DNA from: a virus | Virus record (IMG/VR): IMGVR_UViG_3300035681_000001 | Span: 125,764-189,763 of that record | DNA length: 64,000 nucleotides | Strand: one strand, 5' to 3' | In this document: one piece after another, positions 10,001 to 17,456 of the stretch | Layout of the letters: each line of letters opens with the position of its first letter | How positions within the stretch are numbered: the stretch's first letter is position 1 | Translations under genes and position numbers: made by a program | Notes under the pieces: generated by a model | The model's input: only the letters and a program-made list of their open reading frames with translations | What the model was told of the DNA's origin: nothing | The model's database searches: none

Positions 10001-10916
10001 TCCAGGACAGTGTACTCCTCCAGGAGGAGAGCTGTTCTTTAAGGATTCTACGTTGGACTATGAAGACTACACTGAACCGTATGAGTCTTTGCTAAAAATC
10101 GGTGATTTTAAATGCGTAGCCTTAAAAGAAGTCGTACGTCAAGCTAACGATCCTGCTTTTTTAGCAGATCTAAACGACTTGCGAGTAGGTAAGACCCCAG
10201 GTTTAGTACTAAGAGAGCGCTTTGTGGCGTCTATTAAAGGATTACCGGAGCAAGCTATACACGCTTATTACAACAACGCAGACGTTGCTTTACACAACCG
10301 TAAGGGTACTGAACAACTTATTGCTGCCGGTGCTGAGTCTAGGGTATACCATGCCACGGTAAGAAAAATAAGTTCTGGGGCTCCTGATTGGCCCGCACAA
10401 TTCAGCCCTATTGAGCCTCAAATGACACTGGCTATTGGTATGCCAGTAATGGTACGTAAGAACCTAAAAGCAGCAGATAGAACTTTACTAGCGTCTAACG
10501 GCACCACTGGTGTGGTAATAAAACTAAATCCAGATTCAGTGGTGCTAAAACTGAAAAACGGTAAAACTATCACTATCTCCCAACAAGAACTAGACGGCCC
10601 TAAAGACGGTAAAGGTCGTGATCTAGGTAAATACAAACAACTGCCCTTGCACCCAGCGTTTGCCATTACCGGGCATAAGCTGCAAGGTCTAACCCTAGAC
10701 GAACCTTTGGTGGTACACCTCTACCAAAGCGGCAGGTACGGTCAAAGAGCAATCAATACTGCAGGCTGGTTGTACGTAGTATGCTCCAGAGTTACAGAAG
10801 CTCGACATTTATACTTTGCAGTAGGAGATGCTGATCCAACCGTAGTGTTTAATTGGTTCCTGAGTGGCAACCGAGTTGATCAGTCAGCGCTGGAATGGCT
10901 TCAGAGCCTGGAATAA
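4068..10916 (+). CDS. Single-chain two-barrel RNA polymerase fused to a Pif1/RecD-like SF1B helicase
   Basis: MKARSIAK...DVDII (6525-6620), LLKGRTKIGGRRV (7692-7730), NSRAP (7872-7886), DCDGD (8010-8024); helicase GAAGTGKT (9627-9650), DEVSM (9906-9920), GDPGQ, VVRQ, AITGHKLQG, YVVCSR. Helicase call is near certain; the polymerase call is motif-based. The start could also be 4125. Confidence 0.75.
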   Translation: MNTATTAKNKENQKGNEKTMPQVVFKFYHHEVNPEATKVAILAPGHAAGPVNANVPVNFDTGHLDKAWDTMNLQGVNRRIDWQGTRLGAGSAQFRETDGSFSPVVWSSTPRTRNLRAPVQLLLATLVGGQPDWVTGAVPSGNDAAIRQHVAAAIAAGKSHDYSQHGFSLEAYVSLSEILAQPGAIHPVTGAPTGRHWFGVIGQVYSMDTCTTGGAVQTRYNCSAFDLYYLPEPEFGHSSLTPLDPYGKLNLYESLTYVPEAKVLPTTTVVLPAVPTAVPTAVPTAVGSTTVSTADTRRYWNSFGIHGLQVQEITVDSVVHDFDLINNFEGWSEIQSLFRLDGSAAAAAVTVADAARYWVSKKMYGSYQKIGDLAAYEWTVADLKDLIEIIVKVGTSRGLDADHLPCWSGEMLQFGAGGPAFKVLDKRIYDYRGRLLQNVVELKVSSHVNESGRMEYTLDGLQQVSSATQLLKLVYFGYLPLLAQSITQVMDALPANFSEFCRNAWVGANLVSWSKDQVLEQNSAARLRMDNCYPMTIRQPYSPLSGSYWVRLNEDGRFAANLVSHYEKQIRYSSKECSDLFKEAIRVAYREGGLDYRFDKKLLVGGGLGAVNCRLLAANDPAAFAALQAKFGVTESSVLSGTLKLAKGLKRLFLSMAQSVPVKGALPAGFLFRGQESPVEGFLAAVALAPTVVFTPGMSASVGAKPVAEVRKTVRNYVLHSFGTEPEFLMGLGCAIKPNNVVTETTLGITRYTLVRPTPIKPNDLLIQVANPSGSVNDVVNTSTFEGDLQWLEWQVVPSMLPGQTELKLSWEFLTYESDMKARSIAKALLVDVNPDVIFAHNKDLGDVDIIHFQDSLKVDLWWSYLMCAGTTLRYNWDKPEVAELRRLAVAINSRFGFAAFQGILIDPVHIALGHYDAFQAEFRRLFSRPLWFKFAQLAEFGRLLYDMHQSDQYERVDLGDGYESYVTKGADPNAPDTNITSFVVESGTVTEIWQRGMCLVGTETCPVYNVELFESTTPKENVGESWQFPSELRALQSITSNGVNPKALDELTNTIKADILPNLAMAKILEGMASGSLLGGKRTIAVEAAADGHYQVSTAVHARLQQIVAELGVNLAAPAEAFEKLSVRLKDVVFTFKVSGKETSIWLPALWELNKLRSTNESGQTLSSVFYRYFLVPLCLNNHVEAAVVIRLRGQLSSLLYSSETPKLLKGRTKIGGRRVGLPCIPISETWVLYSDDPSSEYQNALQYCRRASLNLEIGLNDHLVGYNSRAPLAAGWLSKLRVITPAENTSNYWQLSPYYLGISPVALYIDGGDCDGDSGYWAEQGPEFESEILDYQTVINIRNAGMDGDCRYTGSYAYAHYTRKDWAKATVTMSSGVISGCVMTEEQYCSYNVGAHIVQHEAVGSSYKLYMLGEHLIDCAQAYEKLGIECELLKPFMGALAPSLVLILAEIYETILGGFTPEALELFESYLKPAIKQGKPIALKQLTDFRKLLERFGANSLRAEEILKLINVISLVAASEVNGYLSREYTGWDGLALSAAHVVFELGRGRFHGMSAFTKGQMPQTRQALGQKAALVKFYELLLGGLQTNRELYHRLSETSSVIGCGRVLFKHLHVELGLISSNYPWLRPNLTELQWLPEVFEQFKCCQLAPATTELTETTTEITVEATTVATPEPTTATTTKPITVQVTPEPTSAALLETLKKSVLFELCAERGLTVAKKATKEQLVSALLTDPNGPPSEALVIEVSQDPATKALKQRIAELEAQVAQLEAQVTQDPEDPEEPLAVVSKPKPDPKPDSGAGTSEPTTPIAPATMSATSTAVNVPAGMPADLTPSQIRAFELFQQGHNLVITGAAGTGKTYLSNLLREYALKKNYKLVVVGSTGTSVLNIKGDGTLNSVFGLGLGFSGKRPSGLEADSLLAASRRSQICNEYLALTDEAGLIILVDEVSMVDTKLARLTWDITALQNHPTQWVLIGDPGQCTPPGGELFFKDSTLDYEDYTEPYESLLKIGDFKCVALKEVVRQANDPAFLADLNDLRVGKTPGLVLRERFVASIKGLPEQAIHAYYNNADVALHNRKGTEQLIAAGAESRVYHATVRKISSGAPDWPAQFSPIEPQMTLAIGMPVMVRKNLKAADRTLLASNGTTGVVIKLNPDSVVLKLKNGKTITISQQELDGPKDGKGRDLGKYKQLPLHPAFAITGHKLQGLTLDEPLVVHLYQSGRYGQRAINTAGWLYVVCSRVTEARHLYFAVGDADPTVVFNWFLSGNRVDQSALEWLQSLE

Positions 10917-10991
10917 ACCTAGCTCACGTAGCGGTCATATTAGAGTAACTTAGCGTAGCAGTCATAACTTAAAAAGTATTAAGTTAAACGT

Positions 10992-11030
10992 CCCAGCGTC
11001 TCCTACCTGAGGGGGCGCGGGGGGGTTTTT
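10992..11030 (+). terminator. Probable terminator after the giant ORF
   Basis: GC-rich imperfect stem followed by T5. Confidence 0.5.
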
Positions 11031-11220
11031 AAAAAAGTAAAACGGGCGCCTCGTTTTTGCAAATGTCTCAAAAAAGCAAAGCACCTGTCAGTCCAATACT
11101 GGCAGCTTTAAATAAGGTGGAGGTCCTCAAGACCCCGCCCAAAGCTTAGTTTTTGAGCCTTATCCAAAAAAGGATAGGGCTCGTCCACCAACCCCACTCA
11201 ACTCAACGCAACCTCCTACT

Positions 11221-11619
11221 ATGACTGTTTACCTGATGAACACAACCGTCATCCCCTCGGGAACAGACGGTATCTGGGAAACTCGGGCTCTACCTGTAGA
11301 GGCAGCCCGCCTAAATCTTAAGGACTGGGTTTCCGCTGTGGGGCATGACTCCACAGCGGAGATTATGTCTGAGCTACTCGGGGTAGACATACCCGTCAAC
11401 CGGGTAGCCGTTAAGCCCGTCCCCGGCGACCGACTGCTCTGTTTTAAGTTGAAGGGCCGCGCACCAGAAGGTGTTGTGCTCGATCGCCAGCAGCTTGAAA
11501 AAATCGGATACGAATGGGTCCTCATGACCTATCACGGTACGGTTGGCGCAGCGATCGACGCTGCCTTCAAAGACGTAGATAACTACATCATGGCGGTGAG
11601 GACTCACCCTCACCTATGA
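11221..11619 (+). CDS. DUF1874 (STIV B116 / YddF-like) protein
   Basis: SAVGHDSTAEIMSELLGVDIPVNR...GDRLLCFKLKGRAPEG pattern. Confidence 0.85.
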   Translation: MTVYLMNTTVIPSGTDGIWETRALPVEAARLNLKDWVSAVGHDSTAEIMSELLGVDIPVNRVAVKPVPGDRLLCFKLKGRAPEGVVLDRQQLEKIGYEWVLMTYHGTVGAAIDAAFKDVDNYIMAVRTHPHL

Positions 11620-11718
11620 ATGGCCAGCCGGGAGCCTGTCCCGGCAACTCCCCACTGCCAATTACAATCAAGCCACAGGACAACTTCCGCTCTATTGGGG
11701 GCTCAACTTTTTGCTCAA

Positions 11719-11767
11719 TTTGCAGTAAGTCATTTTGATAAAACTGAAAACTGGGACGTATGTCCTA
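11719..11767 (+). repeat. 49-nt direct repeat, copy 1 (copy 2 at 13280-13328)
   Basis: TTTGCAGTAAGTCATTTTGATAAAACTGAAAACTGGGACGTATGTCCTA is identical at both sites. Confidence 0.9.
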
Positions 11768-12194
11768 TAGAACCACAACCCTAAACCACCTCATGTATTT
11801 CACTGAATCGCTACTAAGCTTCAATACAGAAAAACTACTAGACCTAAGTAAACATTATCAACGACTGGCATCTCAAACCTCCTACGACGACTTAAGAACA
11901 TTTCAGGCTTTCAAAAGGGCCAAGCTTGAAATTGATTGCGAAATAGCTAAGCGTAAAACCCGCCCAACCTACACGCGCTTAACTGACTACCGTACCGGCG
12001 AGCCAATCTACTTTGACTCTTCAGTAGTTCCTTTAGTGGTAAAACAGGAGAAAGACCCTGGTTACCACTACACATTAGTAGTAACTAATCACGGTAGTTA
12101 CTCCGTTAGAGAAACCGCAGCAGAAGTACTATCAGCTAGCGGATGCAGTATTTATACACCAGCTCCACGCTGGACAGCAAAAATAGCACCTTAA
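11760..12194 (+). CDS. Hypothetical protein, paralogue of 13366-13941
   Basis: Shared TFQAxKRxKLxIDCEI and PAPRWTAKIA. Confidence 0.75.
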   Translation: MSYRTTTLNHLMYFTESLLSFNTEKLLDLSKHYQRLASQTSYDDLRTFQAFKRAKLEIDCEIAKRKTRPTYTRLTDYRTGEPIYFDSSVVPLVVKQEKDPGYHYTLVVTNHGSYSVRETAAEVLSASGCSIYTPAPRWTAKIAP

Positions 12195-12214
12195 ACCACT
12201 CACCCCTTACACCC

Positions 12215-12439
12215 ATGAAACTATTCAGCTGCTACAACTGTGGTGTAGTACTAGACCCCAAAGTTCTTGCTTGGCCTACTAAACACTTCGACTACTCCAG
12301 ACAACCTAGATACTCTGGGGATCTCAGTCCATGTGGAAGGCTAGTAGCAGTGGGGCCGGAGGGCGACTTAAGATGGAAACCTACCCTACCCTGCCCTGTT
12401 TGCCAAAACCCCCTAACTGAACCTGGAGCCAATGACTAA
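12215..12439 (+). CDS. Small Zn-ribbon-like protein
   Basis: CYNC...CPVC; ATG at 12215. Confidence 0.65.
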   Translation: MKLFSCYNCGVVLDPKVLAWPTKHFDYSRQPRYSGDLSPCGRLVAVGPEGDLRWKPTLPCPVCQNPLTEPGAND

Positions 12440-12650
12440 CCTACCACCACCCGCGACTTGGGGATACATACGCTGGCATAGCAAGCTAACTAGAAGAGAA
12501 GGTGGTTGCAACTACCCAATAGCCAACCCTGCCGAGAAAGTTGCTCAGTTAAATTCGTCAAAGCCTACACTAGAGCACTGGTATATCCCTGTATCAGTAA
12601 CCCTCCCCTCACCTAGCCAATGGACTTCACCCACCCCACAAACGAAGTAA
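12432..12650 (+). CDS. Hypothetical protein
   Basis: ATGA-type overlap with the upstream gene. Confidence 0.55.
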   Translation: MTNLPPPATWGYIRWHSKLTRREGGCNYPIANPAEKVAQLNSSKPTLEHWYIPVSVTLPSPSQWTSPTPQTK

Positions 12651-13040
12651 ACCTCGAATATCAAAATGGCAATAAGTACTCAATTGATAAAGAAGGAAAT
12701 TTAATATACCGTAAGTTTGAAAACGGCGACCAAGAATGGTACGAAGGCGCAAAGCTGATTCGTAAAAAAATATGCAAATGGCAGAGAGAAATCTTATTGT
12801 TCCGCTGGTACCGTAACCTACCAACAGACTGAACAGAAGTTGGAGATTTGGTATGACGAGGGACGTATGGAAACTCGTCGTAGGTATCCTAACGGCGATG
12901 AAGAGTGGTATGACAAGTTCCATAGGGAAATAAGATCAGTTTCAGAAGGCCTTACAAAAGAATATACCTACGACGCAGATGGCTACCGTAGAGCCGTAAA
13001 TCTAAAATACAAGCAAGTTTCTCCTAAGGCCCTGTTCTGA
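12620..13040 (+). pseudogene. MORN-like repeat protein split by a +1 frameshift
   Basis: Repeated Y/FxNG units, some ending EWY, in both ORFs; removing one A from A7 at 12764-12770 joins them (RKK-YANG). Confidence 0.7.
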
Positions 13041-13057
13041 AACCTTAAAACCCTAAA

Positions 13058-13354
13058 ATGAACACTCCTGAACTAACGTGGGAATCTCGGCAAACCAGAT
13101 ATAGTAATACAGTTAAAACCTACAGAGATGACGGCCTTTGGTTAGCAGTACGTTTTAAAATCAATCAAGGTTGTTTGTCCTCTTCTGTTAAGACATACAA
13201 AACCGACACTTTACTAAACGAAATAAACCTTGATATGGGTAAGTTTAGTTCTGACGAAGGGGCCAAACTTTTCGCCCAGTTTGCAGTAAGTCATTTTGAT
13301 AAAACTGAAAACTGGGACGTATGTCCTAACTTAAAAGTCATTAGTATCTACTAA
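13058..13354 (+). CDS. Hypothetical protein
   Basis: 98-aa ORF; its 3' end is duplicated at 11719. Confidence 0.7.
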   Translation: MNTPELTWESRQTRYSNTVKTYRDDGLWLAVRFKINQGCLSSSVKTYKTDTLLNEINLDMGKFSSDEGAKLFAQFAVSHFDKTENWDVCPNLKVISIY

Positions 13355-13365
13355 CCCACACTCTC

Positions 13366-13941
13366 ATGGATTCTTACGAAGAGACCTTCCACAACTTGAT
13401 CAAAGATGTGCCCTTAGAAGAGCTACAAGAACTCAGCAAAAGAGGACAGATTGTAGCTCACGCAGCTCGCGACAATTCAACGTTTCAAGCTGCTAAAAGA
13501 ACCAAGCTCAGGATTGACTGCGAAATAGGTCGGCGTAGAGCCCAATCAGTTGCAGTATCTGACTTCCCACGTGCAGTATCTCACCTCCCACATTCCATGA
13601 ACAACTCCACTATTACTGATTCCCGGGACCAAATGTTACAGCAGCCTACGAACTCTGAAGCTCTCAAAAAAACCGAGCCAGTCAACGGGAGTAGACCTCA
13701 ACCTACAGCACCTTACGTGTGTCTGACAGAGTACGCCACTGGAGAGCTTATGTATTGTGACTTTGCAGCAGATCAGCCGTTAATGATAAGAACTATAAGA
13801 GCTCCTAACTACCATTACACGCATATTATGACAGCCCACGCTGAATACAGCGTTAAAGAAACGGCAGATGAAGTGCTGTTAGCTACCGGGCGGGGTAGCT
13901 TTAGACCAGCTCCACGCTGGACAGCAAAAATAGCACGTTAA
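13366..13941 (+). CDS. Hypothetical protein, paralogue of 11760-12194
   Basis: Shared motifs and identical 3' nucleotide block. Confidence 0.75.
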   Translation: MDSYEETFHNLIKDVPLEELQELSKRGQIVAHAARDNSTFQAAKRTKLRIDCEIGRRRAQSVAVSDFPRAVSHLPHSMNNSTITDSRDQMLQQPTNSEALKKTEPVNGSRPQPTAPYVCLTEYATGELMYCDFAADQPLMIRTIRAPNYHYTHIMTAHAEYSVKETADEVLLATGRGSFRPAPRWTAKIAR

Positions 13942-13976
13942 GTCACTACCCACCTACTAACCTACACTCTAGACTC

Positions 13977-14165
13977 ATGAACCCTAACCCCACCACCGCT
14001 ACCTACCTAAAATGCTCGATGTCTAACTCTGCCATCACACTAGCAAAAAAGTGGGAACGCAAGGGTTTTAACCTACGGGTTAAACTCCTCAAACTAAACA
14101 CCACCACCCAATGGCATCTCCTTACTGGGAACCCACAGACCAAGGTTCAGACCGAGAAGACCTAG
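13977..14165 (+). CDS. Hypothetical protein
   Basis: 62-aa ORF after a C/A-rich leader. Confidence 0.5.
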   Translation: MNPNPTTATYLKCSMSNSAITLAKKWERKGFNLRVKLLKLNTTTQWHLLTGNPQTKVQTEKT

Positions 14166-14292
14166 GTCTAGTCGAACTGTTAGAAGAAACTGCCGGAGAT
14201 CTCCGGCAAGCTTTGCTCGGTTTGATGAATAAACAGGAGGAATAAAAAAAGAAAAGCGCCAGGCTGGGTAACCACTCAGCCTGGTCAACACT

Positions 14293-14547
14293 ATGGAACC
14301 TTTAGAACTCACGCTAACCCAAAAGTTTGAACTAGAAAAGTACCAACGGATCATTAGGGAAACCGAAGACCTAGCAGGCCTTAAGAGCCTAGCGGAGACT
14401 TTATTTCAAGCTTGGCAGTCACAAAAAGCAGCCACTCAGTGGCTAATGCGCCAAAACCTCAGCAGACAAACTTATGTCAGTAGCTTGCCCACCGCGCCCA
14501 CCACGCCCGCCGAGCCCCTACCCGCCCAGCCCACCCAACCCACCTAA
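14293..14547 (+). CDS. nblA: Phycobilisome degradation protein NblA-like
   Basis: LTLTQKFELEKYQRII...LFQAWQSQKAATQWLM resembles the picocyanobacterial/cyanophage NblA pattern. Confidence 0.75.
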   Translation: MEPLELTLTQKFELEKYQRIIRETEDLAGLKSLAETLFQAWQSQKAATQWLMRQNLSRQTYVSSLPTAPTTPAEPLPAQPTQPT

Positions 14548-14561
14548 ACGGTAAACGTTAA

Positions 14562-14642
14562 GGGGGTATGGTGGAACAGCAGACACGCTTGGTTTAGGTC
14601 CAAGTGCCGAAAGGTGTGCAGGTTCAAGTCCTGTTACCCTCA
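14562..14642 (+). tRNA. tRNA-Leu (anticodon UAG), CCA not encoded
   Basis: Acceptor GGGGGTA/TACCCTC, anticodon arm CTTGG-TTTAGGT-CCAAG, variable arm, GGTTCAAGTCC T-loop. Confidence 0.95.
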
Positions 14643-14647
14643 CTACA

Positions 14648-14980
14648 ATGCCTAAAACTGATAACCGCCACATGTCTCGGGATTTTACCGGAGACATCTC
14701 TGAGTTAGACGACCAGCACCTCAAAAACGTCCTAAACCTGCACTTACGGTCTATCGCCACAGCAGGTTATGAAAACTCCTTAAACCGAGTGTGGGTGCTG
14801 CCGCCTTACTTAGCAGAAGCCCGGAAACGTAACCTAAAGTTTCCATCTAAAGGGGCATTCCCTGAAATCATTAGTCGCATAGACAATGAAGACTGGGAGT
14901 GGGAATTCGAGTCGTTAGGCCGGGCAGATGCCTACGAGTTTGAAGAATTCTATGGTATTACCTCTTACGTAGACCTTTAA
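14648..14980 (+). CDS. Hypothetical protein
   Basis: 110-aa ORF immediately after the tRNA. Confidence 0.7.
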   Translation: MPKTDNRHMSRDFTGDISELDDQHLKNVLNLHLRSIATAGYENSLNRVWVLPPYLAEARKRNLKFPSKGAFPEIISRIDNEDWEWEFESLGRADAYEFEEFYGITSYVDL

Positions 14981-15307
14981 AACTAGTGGATCGAACGCTG
15001 GTTAAACTTAGGCAACCTGAGGGGGTTGGGGCTAAGTTTAAACTCCCAGATCGGATTAACTCAAAATAAAGAGGCCCTTTAAGCTGCGGCCATAATACCG
15101 CAGCAGTTCTGTGAAACCGGATACCGGCACTAGCAGACTTGGTAGAGCCTTACTGCCACCGAGTCCACTACCACTGAGTCCACTACCACCAACCGTTGCA
15201 GGTTGGTGGTAACACTCTAGGTTGCACTTGTTAGTACTTTGAAAAACAAAGGAAAGCACACGGTCACAAGACCACCTAAAAAACCAAAAAGCCAAAAAAC
15301 CAAAACC

Positions 15308-16261
15308 ATGACTACTACTAACGCCAACACTGCCACTGCTGCCGCAACTCAAGCTCAAGCCGTCGCTGCTGGGTGTAAACGGTCGCAACCTTATGCTTTC
15401 TTCGTGAAAGAGGTCGCAAAGGATGAAAATCTCGCTCGTTGCGTACCAGCGTGCTTCAAAGCACAGGCCCAAAAAGGTGCTTCATGCTTTTCGCTGTCTA
15501 GCGAAGACATAACCCAGCGTCGTTTCTCGATCGTCATCAACGATCCGACGTTGATGCAACCGGAAATGGGAATGCTGCTGGACGACGAGACCAAAGCTAG
15601 TTTCTCGGAACTCCCGCTTAGTGCAACTGCACCTGGTAACAGGTACGCATATTTGCAAGCCAAAGTGTTGGAGCACTACAAACAAGCCTTTCAAGCCGGC
15701 AACAACCCGTACACCGGCGTGAAGCTGAAGTTGCACCTTAGTGCAATTATGGACTCACAAGGCAAAATGGTGATTCAAGTTCCTGGTGCTAAAGAGTTGC
15801 CTGAGGGTACCGGTTGGCTTAAGGGCTTTAAATCAGCCACTCTTCTGGTGGGCCCTGAATACGTAGAGCAAGGGCTTTTCTCTCTAGAGGAGTACCACGG
15901 GCTGCACGAATACGCCACTTTGGCGGGTCTTATTACCCAACTCGACGGTACCCGTTACAGCTCAGTAAACGCCAAGCAGCGTCAGTATCTAACCCCTAAA
16001 CCAGGGGTTGAGGCTACATTTCAGTTCCAGATGGTTCCTAGGCTAAATCCTACCAGTAACGTTTACGTGCCTGGCCTAGCCGACATCCGTTGGTTTGGAT
16101 TCATGGTAGTTGGTCTCAATAGCGGCGGTCTCGCACAAGAAACCGCACGCCCGGCAACCACAGCTCCTCAGGAAACTGCTGACCTGCCCCCACTGCCTCC
16201 CCTGCCCGTACCTACTACTGCCCCGGTACCTACTACCGAGGACGAGGACATTAAGTTCTAA
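15308..16261 (+). CDS. Putative single-stranded DNA-binding protein
   Basis: Pro/Thr linker then acidic tail EDEDIKF, like SSB DDDIPF tails; own terminator; no fold match checked. Confidence 0.5.
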   Translation: MTTTNANTATAAATQAQAVAAGCKRSQPYAFFVKEVAKDENLARCVPACFKAQAQKGASCFSLSSEDITQRRFSIVINDPTLMQPEMGMLLDDETKASFSELPLSATAPGNRYAYLQAKVLEHYKQAFQAGNNPYTGVKLKLHLSAIMDSQGKMVIQVPGAKELPEGTGWLKGFKSATLLVGPEYVEQGLFSLEEYHGLHEYATLAGLITQLDGTRYSSVNAKQRQYLTPKPGVEATFQFQMVPRLNPTSNVYVPGLADIRWFGFMVVGLNSGGLAQETARPATTAPQETADLPPLPPLPVPTTAPVPTTEDEDIKF

Positions 16262-16287
16262 AAAGCCTAGCTTAAAGCAGCTTAACC

Positions 16288-16313
16288 AGCCCCCTTAACC
16301 GGGGGCTTTTTTT
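16288..16313 (+). terminator. Intrinsic terminator T6
   Basis: AGCCCCC-TTAACC-GGGGGCT-T-tract; core identical to T5. Confidence 0.9.
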
Positions 16314-16388
16314 AAATAACCGGGAGCTTTTTTAAACAAACAAAGGGGCTCACTAAAAAAAGCAAAGCACTCGGTAAAGAAAAAACCA

Positions 16389-16907
16389 GTGAACCCTACA
16401 CGCTTTCGAGGCACTGTACTGACAACGGAATTCGTCCCTAAGTTGGACGAAAACCTTAGTTCGGCTCGGCAGTGTAATATGCCCGTACGAGCCCTACGGC
16501 TCCGGTTGTCAGTAACACACGCCCAACCTGAAACTGAATCTCCTGAGGGAGATTGGTACGAGATTAGGGAGCCCGGTTACCCTGATATCATAGTAGATCA
16601 ACTAGTAGGCTACACCCCCGGACAAATCCACCTCTGGGCTGGGCCTGAAGAATCCCGCTACGGCGGTAGTTATGACTTTGACCTAGAAGCCGCTACTGAA
16701 GTATGGGTTTGGTCACCTAATGATACCCCTAAAGTTAAATACATTAGCTATAACTGTCCACGACGTAGCTCCCGAGAAACCGGTAGTCGGGTGTTGCATC
16801 AATTTACATACCCAAACGTGTTTCAGCGAGTGGAGCAATCACTAGCACTAGCTCCCCCTAACGTTGAAAAATGCGTAATGCCGCTGCCGCTGCCGCTGCC
16901 GGTTTAG
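16389..16907 (+). CDS. Hypothetical protein
   Basis: 172-aa ORF. Confidence 0.65.
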   Translation: MNPTRFRGTVLTTEFVPKLDENLSSARQCNMPVRALRLRLSVTHAQPETESPEGDWYEIREPGYPDIIVDQLVGYTPGQIHLWAGPEESRYGGSYDFDLEAATEVWVWSPNDTPKVKYISYNCPRRSSRETGSRVLHQFTYPNVFQRVEQSLALAPPNVEKCVMPLPLPLPV

Positions 16908-17137
16908 GTGTTTTACTGGCATTACCCGCATGGTTCTTAAAAGACTCATCGAACCTCAGTAAAAAAGCGTACCGCTACGAAGGCCCGTATGTAATAACAC
17001 GGGCCTTTCCTAACCGTACCTACACCGTGCGGGTCTCCAACCAACTCGTAACAGTCAGTTCACTAACACCACTACCACCCACTGGCATCGCAGTAATCAC
17101 CAATGACGGCTTCGCTAAAACTATTAGTAGGCGCTAG
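16871..17137 (+). CDS. Small protein with N-terminal hydrophobic segment
   Basis: AAAAAAAGLGVLLALPAWFL. Confidence 0.6.
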   Translation: MRNAAAAAAAGLGVLLALPAWFLKDSSNLSKKAYRYEGPYVITRAFPNRTYTVRVSNQLVTVSSLTPLPPTGIAVITNDGFAKTISRR

Positions 17138-17456
17138 TATCGGACTTATCGTACTCGCGTTGCTTAACCCACCACCACCCACCGCCACCACCACTTATGC
17201 TACACGTGCTACTGTTATCAGCTCCACTACCCCCGGTAACTACATTAGTACGCCCGGTGGAGTGCTGGCCATTAATGACCGGCTCGCTGTTGGTTCTACT
17301 TGGACTAACGTTAAGGTTACTGCCGGCAGATTCTCCGGCACGCTAGTCCGTGGGGCTGGCGGGAACGTATGCCGCAGTCTTTTAAGCCCCGAGGCCAGGA
17401 GGAGTACCCTTTATCGTGATAAAGAAACCGGTACGTACGGGGTACTAGAATGCTAA
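17103..17456 (+). CDS. Putative membrane-anchored protein
   Basis: N-terminal hydrophobic helix then Pro/Thr linker. Confidence 0.65.
   Translation: MTASLKLLVGASIGLIVLALLNPPPPTATTTYATRATVISSTTPGNYISTPGGVLAINDRLAVGSTWTNVKVTAGRFSGTLVRGAGGNVCRSLLSPEARRSTLYRDKETGTYGVLEC

Noticed and set aside
14191-14208. Perfect palindrome TGCCGGAGATCTCCGGCA as an operator
   Set aside because: It lies inside a plausible 44-aa ORF (14111-14245), has no second copy, and could be chance.
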